17,057 nt of DNA from a virus (lineage: Duplodnaviria; Heunggongvirae; Uroviricota; Caudoviricetes). Numbering within the stretch: position 1 is the stretch's first letter; every line of letters begins with the position of its first letter. Below the pieces are notes generated by a model. That model had not been told where the DNA came from. It made no database searches and saw only the letters and a list, made by a program, of their open reading frames with translations. Location: the IMG/VR virus record IMGVR_UViG_2713897042_000003, positions 1-17,057 of that record, one strand, 5' to 3'. Made by a program: the position numbers and the translations under genes. Positions 8,486 through 15,933 of the stretch are shown here, piece after piece.

Positions 8486-9184
8486 TTACTGCGAAAGTCT
8501 GTTAATGGAAAGGAAGCCGCCAAAGTTGCCGACGTTATTGCGGAACTTACAGCCACTCAGGCATTTGCTGCATTTATCCTTCGTGATATCGGACGTTGGC
8601 TGGTCATATTCATCCGCGACCGCCGGACCGCTATAACCGCACTCATCACCGCGATAGGTCCAGGTGCAGGTGTTGGCCAGCATGATACGTCCCGGAAAAA
8701 CAGCGCCGTCCGTTTCCGTCGGCGTGGACAGTACAAAAGAGGCACTCACCGCGCTCAGTTCGCTGCACTGCTCAATGCGCCAGCGGCTGATCACCTCCTG
8801 CTCCGGATCGGCATCGCTGTTTCCGTTGACGAAGTTCACCGCATCCAGAAAACGGGCGTAAACCTTACGCCGGACCACCGTTCCGCCGACCAGACTCTGC
8901 AGATCTTCCGCCATCCCGGTGACCATGCCGTACAGATTAGAGACTTTCAGCGTTGGCCTTGCACTGGCTCCTTTGCCGTTCATCTCAAATCCGCTTCCCT
9001 GAATGGGATAAGCCTGATACTGCCGCCCCTGCCAGGTGACTGGTTCACCTTTTTCGTTCTGCTCATTACAGAAGAAATAACGATCTCCGCCGACCTCTGT
9101 CAGATCAATTTCCCAGAGCACGACCAGCGCGGATTGCTCCGTTTTAGTGCACTCATTGAGTGTTTCCTGCTGTATATCCTGCAT
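8486..9184 (-). CDS. L: Minor tail protein L
   Basis: The 232-aa product MQDIQQETLNECTKTEQSALVVLWEIDLTEVGGDRYFFCNEQNEKGEPVTWQGRQYQ... is near-identical to lambda gpL as recalled, including the conserved Cys cluster (CSKCLSGC). Its ATG overlaps the M stop (ATGA). Confidence 0.92.
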   Translation of the reverse strand: MQDIQQETLNECTKTEQSALVVLWEIDLTEVGGDRYFFCNEQNEKGEPVTWQGRQYQAYPIQGSGFEMNGKGASARPTLKVSNLYGMVTGMAEDLQSLVGGTVVRRKVYARFLDAVNFVNGNSDADPEQEVISRWRIEQCSELSAVSASFVLSTPTETDGAVFPGRIMLANTCTWTYRGDECGYSGPAVADEYDQPTSDITKDKCSKCLSGCKFRNNVGNFGGFLSINRLSQ

Positions 9185-9540
9185 CAGTGAGTGACCTCTT
9201 CAAAGGTACAGTTAAAATCGGTATACATGGCATTATCCGAAATGCTCCACTCCCTGCAGACAACCCGGACAGTCCTGTTGTGTTTTGGCGGACGCCACAA
9301 AAAAGCACGAATCCCGGCATGACGGGATAAAAAACTGTCCAGCGCGGCACGGGAATATTCATCTGTGACACGAAATACCGGTTTAAACGTTTTCAGATCC
9401 GCATTCAGACCACCAGCCCGTCGCTGTTCATATCCGTCACCAAACTTTACCGTAATAACTGATGGCTTTCGTGTCGTCTCCATCCCCTCACGGGGGATCC
9501 AGTTAAAAACTTCAGGCTCAGGCACTGTACAATCCTCCAT
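9184..9540 (-). CDS. M: Minor tail protein M
   Basis: Homologous to lambda gpM (VKFGDGYEQRRAGGLNADLKT...FLWRPP...VVCREWS). The start is uncertain: ATG 9540 (MEDCTVPEP...) fits lambda M length best, and the ORF track start 9570 is an alternative. It overlaps the 3' end of the tape measure gene. Confidence 0.75.
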   Translation of the reverse strand: MEDCTVPEPEVFNWIPREGMETTRKPSVITVKFGDGYEQRRAGGLNADLKTFKPVFRVTDEYSRAALDSFLSRHAGIRAFLWRPPKHNRTVRVVCREWSISDNAMYTDFNCTFEEVTH

Positions 9541-12500
9541 CCCGACGCGATGACTGCATAATTGACACAACCCTGCTGTCGATCAGATCCACCAGTCCCC
9601 TGGCTGAGCGCGCATCTATCTCGCCATTGCTCCCTTGATTCTGAATGCTGATGTGATACACGGGAGAATAAACAAATCCACCGCCACCATTCACATTTCC
9701 AATGGCCCTGACCCCAAGAGAGCCGTCCGCTGCCCGTGTCAGTGGCATGATTGCTTCAGGCCCGGCCTCGCCCATCAACCCGGCACCTTTCGCAAAAGCA
9801 AAATACGTCGGTGTATCCACAATAGTGTTACTGTAAGCACTCAGATTTGCCGATGTGTAAACACCACCTTTTGCGTTTGCCACTGCCCCCGAAATCCATC
9901 CGCCGACCGTACCAAGCCACCCTCCGGCACCGGAGAGTGATTTCAGTCCGTTAACAATGGCTGCATTCATCAGAATTTTTGAAACTTCCCGGAGAACTGA
10001 ACTCCCCCAGTTCCTCCAGTCCACAACATTCCCGGCCAGTGCATCGGAAATATTTGATACCAGCCCGTCCATCGTGGAAACGACAGCATCTGCCGCCTGT
10101 GAAGCATAATCGGTGGCACTGTCTGCCCAGTTGGTCAGTCCCTCCTGGAGTCCGGCATTCCAGTTATTACGTAAAGCATCGGCCTTTGTATAATAATCCT
10201 GCTGATCGCTGAGACGCTCTTCCAGATATTTTTTATTCAGTTCTTTCTCCTGTTTCCACAGGGCTTCTTCAATTTCTCCGGCCTGATACTGTCTCAGCAG
10301 CTCGTTATTTTTCTGCTCAAACGCCTGCCGGATACTCCACATTTCCTGGAGTCGTTCACGCATCCGTGAACCTTCACCATATCCCAGCAACTGCGCTTCG
10401 TCAGATGCCCGGGCACTGGCATTACTGTCCGCCAGACTGCTCTCATACGCAGCAAGCTGCTCACGAATCTTTTTCTGGTCGATGAGTGCTGCATTCTGCA
10501 AAAGCGTTTTTTTCTGCGCTTCTGACAGGGTTGATAATTCGCCCTGACTGACCTGATATTTCATCTTAGCCAGTTCAGTATTCTGCCCTGCCAGTGCTAT
10601 TTGTTCTTTTTGCTGTTTAATCAGCCGTTTATAAATATCTTCTGTTTTTTCCGCTTCGGTCTTTTTATGCGCTTTGGGTTTATTTGCCTGGTTATTTCGC
10701 CAGGCATCCAGTGAGTTATTGATATAATTCTGTCTGGCTGTCTGATACGCCTCTCCCACAAAGCCGAGATCATCCGCAGCATAACCCAGGCGGGCACGCT
10801 CACGGGCTTCCCCCTTCAGGCGGGACAGAGCCAGTTCGCGCTCGCTGTTATTCAGTGCGGTCTGCTGTTTATCATCCAGGGTTGCCTGTGGTAGCCGTAA
10901 CGGTACATTCACCAGCCCCTGTCGCTGCTGAAGTAATTCATTACCGAGCCCGAGAAGGCGATTAAACTCGGTATGCTGCCCATTCATGATCAACAGGGAC
11001 TGATACGCTTTGTTTTGTTCCGCGGCCTGTTGACGGATCAACGCCACCCGTCGCTCCTCCAGCCCGGCAAGCACATCCTGAATGGATTGCGCTTTGCCCT
11101 GCATTTGTGTGAGACGGGACTGTTCAACTGCCAGTTGATTTGTTGCTTCTGCAAGCCCTTCTGTGACAGTTTTTACCGACGTCATGTGGTTAATCATAAA
11201 ACCGTTATCGGTTGTCCAGCCCGGGTTTGCCAGCACATACTGATAGCCAGCAATTTTTTCCTGTAAGGATTTAATCTTACTTTTCTGCTCGTCAATTAAC
11301 CTGTTTTGCTCATCAAGTGCCTGCCGCGTCTTTTCCTCATTATCTGACGCTTCAGGAAGCGACATTGCCGACGTTTTCTGGCGAATTTCGTCGATTGTTG
11401 CGGCATACTGGCGTGCAGATTCTCTGGCCTGCTCCTGATTCTGATACATCGTGTACCAGGCCGTCGCCCCCAGCATGACGAGTCCCGGCACACCACCAAC
11501 CAACCCCAGCGCACCACTTAACAGACGACTCCCCACTGACGTGACAGTATTCAGCGTTGTCTGTGCAGCTGTTCTGGCCGCAATATTACGGGTAAGTGAC
11601 GCCTGGGCAGCTGTCAGCTTCGCTTCTGCTGCGGCCTGCCTTTCGGTACCGCGAGCAGCAACAACCGCCTGTTGCGCACGATAAACCGCCGCACGCGCCC
11701 TGGCGGTTGCTATCTGTGTCCCCCGAAGTTGCGCTTCAGCAAGAGCCACTTCGTTTCTGGCTGCAGTAATTAATCCGGCAGTTGCAGATCCAGCAGAAGA
11801 CGCCATATTGCCAAAATATCGGGCTACCCCGACGGCAACCAGTGCGCCAGCTGCAGCAGCCACGGTATCAATATTGTCTGCAACACCATTCAACACCCCG
11901 GTGAGTGTCTTTGTCACTCCGCTTGCCTCGTTCGCACCACCAACCCAGGCCATAAAGGCGTTTTCAACTTTGGTTGCAGAGGATGAAACAGTATCAGGCA
12001 TTGCTGCATATTCATCACGCAACGCCCCAAGCTGACTAATCAGTGCAGGAACAACCTTATCGGCGGTCAGTTTTCCGTTATCCGCCATGGCCTTCAGATC
12101 CTTACGGGCAACACCCATTCCCGCAGCCAGCGCACGAATAACACGATCGCCGTTCTCATTCACAGAGTTAAATTCTTCACCGCGCAGCACTCCCTGCGCC
12201 AGTGCCTGACTGAACTGCGTGATCACCGAACTGGCTTCTGCTGTACTGGCACCGGATAATTTCAGGCCCGTGGAGATCGCCTCGGTGACTTTCAGTACCT
12301 CCTCAGAACTGTAGCCATACTCCCGCATGGAAGCTGCAGAGCGGGCAAAAAGGCTGGCGTTATCAGAAAACGCCGTTCCCGTTCTCTGGCTGATTGCCAT
12401 TAATTCACGTTGTGATACCTGAAAATCATCACTGGACTGTGAAGCCTGCTTCAGACGGGCATTTACTGAATTCCACTCATCGGCGAGAGAAATAAGATGA

Positions 12501-12751
12501 CCGGTAGCAAAAGCTCCGGCAAATGCCCCCGCCATATTCAGTGCCGAAGATTTAGCTGTATTTATCTGATCCGTCACTTCTGCCAGTGCACGCCGCATTT
12601 CACGGGATGCAGCAGCGGACTGCCGGCCTCCGTTCTGCATGGTACGGTAGTAATCCTGCCCCATACGCGAAGCCCGGGAGATCTCTGACTGGAATGACCG
12701 GGAATTTGCCGAGATTTTAATAATCAGTTCACGTAATGTCGCCACACTCAT
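9518..12751 (-). CDS. Tail tape measure protein (1077 aa)
   Basis: Large Ala/Gln/Glu-rich, coiled-coil-prone ORF between the G/GT chaperones and M/L. The C-terminal region (NWNAGLQEGLTNWADSATD...GGLYSA) resembles the lambda gpH C-terminus, while the N-terminal part is not lambda-like. Confidence 0.88.
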   Translation of the reverse strand: MSVATLRELIIKISANSRSFQSEISRASRMGQDYYRTMQNGGRQSAAASREMRRALAEVTDQINTAKSSALNMAGAFAGAFATGHLISLADEWNSVNARLKQASQSSDDFQVSQRELMAISQRTGTAFSDNASLFARSAASMREYGYSSEEVLKVTEAISTGLKLSGASTAEASSVITQFSQALAQGVLRGEEFNSVNENGDRVIRALAAGMGVARKDLKAMADNGKLTADKVVPALISQLGALRDEYAAMPDTVSSSATKVENAFMAWVGGANEASGVTKTLTGVLNGVADNIDTVAAAAGALVAVGVARYFGNMASSAGSATAGLITAARNEVALAEAQLRGTQIATARARAAVYRAQQAVVAARGTERQAAAEAKLTAAQASLTRNIAARTAAQTTLNTVTSVGSRLLSGALGLVGGVPGLVMLGATAWYTMYQNQEQARESARQYAATIDEIRQKTSAMSLPEASDNEEKTRQALDEQNRLIDEQKSKIKSLQEKIAGYQYVLANPGWTTDNGFMINHMTSVKTVTEGLAEATNQLAVEQSRLTQMQGKAQSIQDVLAGLEERRVALIRQQAAEQNKAYQSLLIMNGQHTEFNRLLGLGNELLQQRQGLVNVPLRLPQATLDDKQQTALNNSERELALSRLKGEARERARLGYAADDLGFVGEAYQTARQNYINNSLDAWRNNQANKPKAHKKTEAEKTEDIYKRLIKQQKEQIALAGQNTELAKMKYQVSQGELSTLSEAQKKTLLQNAALIDQKKIREQLAAYESSLADSNASARASDEAQLLGYGEGSRMRERLQEMWSIRQAFEQKNNELLRQYQAGEIEEALWKQEKELNKKYLEERLSDQQDYYTKADALRNNWNAGLQEGLTNWADSATDYASQAADAVVSTMDGLVSNISDALAGNVVDWRNWGSSVLREVSKILMNAAIVNGLKSLSGAGGWLGTVGGWISGAVANAKGGVYTSANLSAYSNTIVDTPTYFAFAKGAGLMGEAGPEAIMPLTRAADGSLGVRAIGNVNGGGGFVYSPVYHISIQNQGSNGEIDARSARGLVDLIDSRVVSIMQSSRRDGGLYSA

Positions 12752-12761
12752 TCTCCGGACG

Positions 12762-12782
12762 AAAAAAACCGCCGAAGCGGTT
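12762..12782 (-). terminator. Terminator-like hairpin between T and the tape measure gene (minus strand)
   Basis: Minus strand reads AACCGC-TTCG-GCGGTT followed by TTTTTTT, in the 39-nt gap between the T-frame stop (12791-12793) and the tape measure ATG (12751). Confidence 0.4.
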
Positions 12783-12790
12783 ATGTTGAC

Positions 12791-13102
12791 TCACTGAGAC
12801 ACTATTAAAAGCGCGTTTTCCAGTCCGGCAAATGGATCTGAGACGCCTTCTGTCTGCTCTTGTTCCCACTGAAGAAGCGCATCATTCAGTGGGACTTTGA
12901 CACCCTGCGCACCGTAAACCGCAGAAACTATCTGGGCAGCCCGGATATCAGCCCGCTCGTCACCCAGCGGGCTGAACCTGTCAAATTCTGCCCACATCAT
13001 GATTTCTGATGCGGACATTTCCCGGCGTAACTCTGACAATGTGCGCCCCATCCTGAGCGCCAGCATCATCAGAAAACGCATCCCCGGAAGCTCTACTTTT
13101 TT
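12791..13102 (-). CDS. T: Tail assembly chaperone T-like frame, expressed as a G-T fusion by -1 programmed frameshift
   Basis: The -1 frame relative to G is open from the slippery site down to the stop at 12791-12793. It is closed immediately upstream by TAA (13105-13103), and its first ATG (13081) has no convincing SD, consistent with expression only as a fusion. Confidence 0.65.
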   Translation of the reverse strand, partial: KKVELPGMRFLMMLALRMGRTLSELRREMSASEIMMWAEFDRFSPLGDERADIRAAQIVSAVYGAQGVKVPLNDALLQWEQEQTEGVSDPFAGLENALLIVSQ

Positions 13103-13479
13103 TTAACCTCGCCGGCATCACTGATCAGTTCCAGAGACTGCCGAAGAAGCCGCGCATGCACCGGGCCATACACGGCAATCACCTGTTCACGATCATCCTC
13201 TGAAAATACAGGTTGCAGTCCGGTATCACACAGAACATCAATGAACAGTTCAACATCTGCCTCCAGATTTCGGCGGGCGCGCTCCGCAACGGATAACGGT
13301 GTCTCATCATCTTTTGCTTTAACGATCTCCTGCCAGCGCAACCAGGCTTCTGCAGAAGGTTCCCGTAATACAACCGTTGCCCCTTCCCATTCAGGCACAT
13401 CAACAGTTTTATGGCGAAACCCCGACATCGTTGCCAGTGCCAGATTGCGGATATTTTTAGTCATCACATCTATCCTCAT
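13093..13479 (-). CDS. G: Tail assembly chaperone (G-like)
   Basis: A 128-aa ORF directly downstream of the major tail gene (TAATG overlap), ending in the slippery site; the position is diagnostic. An internal ATG at 13464 with GAGGA 8 nt upstream is an alternative start. Confidence 0.75.
   Translation of the reverse strand: MRIDVMTKNIRNLALATMSGFRHKTVDVPEWEGATVVLREPSAEAWLRWQEIVKAKDDETPLSVAERARRNLEADVELFIDVLCDTGLQPVFSEDDREQVIAVYGPVHARLLRQSLELISDAGEVKKK
13096..13102 (-). promoter_or_regulatory. -1 programmed ribosomal frameshift slippery heptamer A_AAA_AAG
   Basis: Minus strand reads GAG GTT AAA AAA AAG TAG at the end of the G-like ORF. A -1 slip on A_AAA_AAG continues in-frame into GTA GAG CTT CCG GGG ATG... 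(the T frame). Sequence and position are as in lambda G/GT and dnaX. Confidence 0.6.
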
Positions 13480-14183
13480 TAACTGACGGTAACAGTGCAG
13501 GAAGTGGAGGTCACCTTGTTAACAGGGCTTGCTGAATCAGAAATCTCGCAGGTATACGCACCGGCATCACCTGATGCTGCTGATGCCTTACTGAATGTTG
13601 CCGCCGTCTGTCCGGAAACAGGAGAACTACCTTTCTTCCAGACATAAGAATAAGGCGGCACACCACCGGCAGCCTCAACCACCATTTCGAGTTTCGCTCC
13701 GGCAGAAACCTGCAGCGTGCTGTTTAAATCTACCTTCACTTTCAGCGGCTCTGTCGTCAGCACAGGTTTACCTTTCAGGCGCAGGGAAAACGTTGCAGCC
13801 ACAACACCATTAGTTCCTGCAGACCAGGTATGCTGACGCACCTCTGCCATAAAGGTAAATCCGTTGCCTGACGGAAAAATAACTTTAAAGCCATACGTGG
13901 TGTCATTGTCATAGGCACTGCGCAACGCGTTCTGGGCAGCATTGAGGTAAAAGTTGCCTGACATGGAAATCTCTGACGCGGCACCAAGGCCGTTAATATT
14001 TTCCTGCTCAACAGAACACAGCGTGGTGACATCAATATCCTGCTTTTGTCCTGCGGTAAACTGCACCTCTTTGATTGTACAGCTCAGGCCAAGATAGCTG
14101 GCAGAATCCAGGGTTTCTGCTGTTACCGGTGCAGACGAAATCATAATTTTCGTCAGTTGCGAACGCTCAAAATTAGAGGACAT
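13479..14183 (-). CDS. Major tail (tube) protein with C-terminal Ig-like domain
   Basis: I place the start at ATG 14183-14181 (AGGAGA 5 nt upstream, product MSSNFERSQ...); the ORF track start at 14234 would span a terminator hairpin. The C-terminus (PPYSYVWKKGSS...GAYTCEISD...CTVTVS) looks like an Ig-like domain. It sits immediately upstream of the G/GT chaperones. It is not lambda gpV-like in sequence. Confidence 0.85.
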   Translation of the reverse strand: MSSNFERSQLTKIMISSAPVTAETLDSASYLGLSCTIKEVQFTAGQKQDIDVTTLCSVEQENINGLGAASEISMSGNFYLNAAQNALRSAYDNDTTYGFKVIFPSGNGFTFMAEVRQHTWSAGTNGVVAATFSLRLKGKPVLTTEPLKVKVDLNSTLQVSAGAKLEMVVEAAGGVPPYSYVWKKGSSPVSGQTAATFSKASAASGDAGAYTCEISDSASPVNKVTSTSCTVTVS

Positions 14184-14195
14184 ACTCGTCTCCTG

Positions 14196-14221
14196 AAAAT
14201 AAAAAACCCGCCAGCGGCGGG
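14196..14221 (-). terminator. Intrinsic terminator-like hairpin upstream of the major tail gene (minus strand)
   Basis: Minus strand reads CCCGCC-GCT-GGCGGG followed by TTTTTTATTTT, in the gap between the upstream gene stop (14243) and the major tail RBS. Confidence 0.5.
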
Positions 14222-14242
14222 TGGGTAAAATCATTAACGACC

Positions 14243-14587
14243 TCAGGCTATTACCTGAAATTCAAGCGTGGCTCTGCTCAGACGGGAATCAGGATCATAA
14301 CCCTGAGTTTTAGAAATAACGGAGGGTGCAAGTTGCCTTACCGCATCAAGCGCCTGCTCACGGATATCATCTGCGTCATCAGGTACTGTTGCCCAGACAT
14401 CGATCTGCACGGTAATTCTGGATTCAGCCTGACCATCAAGCACATCAGACGCAGTGTCAGACACCACAGAAAATACCAGCCATGGCGGAGATACCGCAGG
14501 CTTTCCCTCCGTCAGCGGGACCACATAAGGATAAACCTGTCCTCCGGCCAGTTGAGACAGCAGGGAATACAGTGTGGTCTCTCTCAT
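14243..14587 (-). CDS. Tail completion / tail terminator-like protein
   Basis: A 114-aa ORF with ATGA overlap to the upstream gene, located between the head-tail joining genes and the major tail gene. Function is inferred from position and size. Confidence 0.65.
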   Translation of the reverse strand: MRETTLYSLLSQLAGGQVYPYVVPLTEGKPAVSPPWLVFSVVSDTASDVLDGQAESRITVQIDVWATVPDDADDIREQALDAVRQLAPSVISKTQGYDPDSRLSRATLEFQVIA

Positions 14588-15033
14588 TTACTTAAGACCT
14601 CATCAATAGCCTGATTCATTCGCTGTATGGCAATCTGTGCTGCCAGTTCCTCTGTCGTATCGAAAGCCGGGCGAATGAACGGATGCGCGGGCATGTTTAT
14701 CGTTCCCAGCTCCACAAAGCGCCAGTAAAACGCATTTCGGGGATCACTGGCTTTCATGCTGTTATCACTGTTTCCGGTTCGCAGGTTCCGTCCACGAATG
14801 TGGACACCCGAGATAATTTCCCCCCGACGCTTTGAACGCTGAGTGAGAACAACCACATTTTTCTTCAGTTTCCCGGTTCGCTCCGGCGCACGTTCAACAA
14901 CTGCATCCCGCATAACTTCAGCACCGGCACGGGTGGCATCGCGCAGTACCTTATTGTTTTCTGCCCTGCTGAGCGTCTCCAGATCCCGTGCAATATCCGC
15001 CAGACCTGAAAAATCAAGACTGAAATCCATCAC
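14584..15033 (-). CDS. HK97 gp10-like head-tail joining protein
   Basis: A 149-aa ORF with ATGA coupling to its neighbours. Its position in an HK97-type head-tail joining cassette and general similarity to HK97 gp10-family proteins support the call; family assignment is from recollection. Confidence 0.65.
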   Translation of the reverse strand: MMDFSLDFSGLADIARDLETLSRAENNKVLRDATRAGAEVMRDAVVERAPERTGKLKKNVVVLTQRSKRRGEIISGVHIRGRNLRTGNSDNSMKASDPRNAFYWRFVELGTINMPAHPFIRPAFDTTEELAAQIAIQRMNQAIDEVLSK

Positions 15034-15368
15034 ACATTCCCCTTCTGAGAACAGAGTATCTCAAGCCGTGTGGCACGAGCATCCGGTATCGGCGGACCGT
15101 CTATACTCAGAATCGCGCCTTTGAATGCACCAGTCAGCACTTTCAGACATGAAGTTGCTGTTACATCTCGCCGGAATCTCATCCAGACCCTCACTGTAGC
15201 CTGAGCAGTTTCTGCGCCTCCGGATATTCTCTCCCTGCCACTGATCCCCTTAACTTCTGCCCATATGGTTGCCCCCTCCGTCATTGTTTCCACAGGGTGC
15301 CCTGACGGAGACCGAACGGTGGTGGCATTCAGAATAACCACACGATCACGTAATCTTCCTGCCTGCAT
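15030..15368 (-). CDS. Head-tail adaptor / head closure protein
   Basis: A 112-aa ORF whose N-terminus MQAGRLRDRVVIL is characteristic of the phage head-tail adaptor family. Confidence 0.7.
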   Translation of the reverse strand: MQAGRLRDRVVILNATTVRSPSGHPVETMTEGATIWAEVKGISGRERISGGAETAQATVRVWMRFRRDVTATSCLKVLTGAFKGAILSIDGPPIPDARATRLEILCSQKGNV

Positions 15369-15376
15369 GAATCCTC

Positions 15377-15682
15377 CTATGTTCCGGGATGAAATCGATA
15401 CATCCGCAGTCCGGTATAGAAAAAATCAGGCACTGCATCCTGCATTTCCCTGTTCTCGTACCAGTAGCCAACCAGTTGCATAAGACGCAGTTTTATCAGA
15501 GGTGTTATTACAAGCCCGGTCGTATCCTGCTCAGAAACAGTTTCATCGCAAAGCGTCCGGTTTAAAAACTTTTCAGCCTCTTCCCTGGCAGCAGCCAGAT
15601 ACATCATAAGAAGAGAATTCTCCTGTTCATTGTCATCATCAATCCGGCACTGAACACGAAGCTCTTCCAGAGTGGGCATCAT
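15377..15682 (-). CDS. gp6-like head-tail connector protein
   Basis: A 101-aa ORF with N-terminus MMPTLEELRVQCRIDDDNEQENSLLMMYLAAAREEAE, typical of gp6-like head-tail connector proteins, lying after the capsid gene. Confidence 0.7.
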   Translation of the reverse strand: MMPTLEELRVQCRIDDDNEQENSLLMMYLAAAREEAEKFLNRTLCDETVSEQDTTGLVITPLIKLRLMQLVGYWYENREMQDAVPDFFYTGLRMYRFHPGT

Positions 15683-15693
15683 TTGGGCAACCT

Positions 15694-15882
15694 CTATGAA
15701 TGCTGTTTTTTAGACTTATCAGCCCCCCGCGCAACAGGTGTTCTCTTATCAGAGACAATCCCAGCTGCAGTGGCAATTTCGCGTACCCGTTCGGGTAATT
15801 CTTTATCTTCATACTCACCGGCCCGAATAATCTCAACACGCATACCGTCCGGTGACCATTTCAGATCTTGTTTCAGGATCAT
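15694..15882 (-). CDS. Small hypothetical protein (62 aa) between capsid and connector genes
   Basis: ATG 15882 is preceded by GGTGA about 8 nt upstream, and the ORF fits the gap between the capsid stop and the connector start. No recognisable family. Two overlapping ORFs on other frames are less well placed. Confidence 0.4.
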   Translation of the reverse strand: MILKQDLKWSPDGMRVEIIRAGEYEDKELPERVREIATAAGIVSDKRTPVARGADKSKKQHS

Positions 15883-15902
15883 GATTCTTTCACCTGTCAG
15901 AA

Positions 15903-15928
15903 CAGGGGGCGCACTTCTGCGCCCCCTG
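15903..15928 (-). promoter_or_regulatory. GC-rich 10-bp stem-loop immediately downstream of the major capsid gene
   Basis: Plus strand reads CAGGGGGCGC-ACTTCT-GCGCCCCCTG starting 6 nt after the capsid stop, with no strong U-tract. It could be an attenuator or mRNA-stabilising hairpin. Confidence 0.35.
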
Positions 15929-15933
15929 AATGA

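Noticed and set aside
7690..9190. Plus-strand ORFs 7791..8156, 8038..8466, 8160..8636 and 8480..9190 opposite K and L
   Set aside because: Antisense to near-lambda-identical K and L genes, with Pro/Arg-rich low-complexity products and no RBS.
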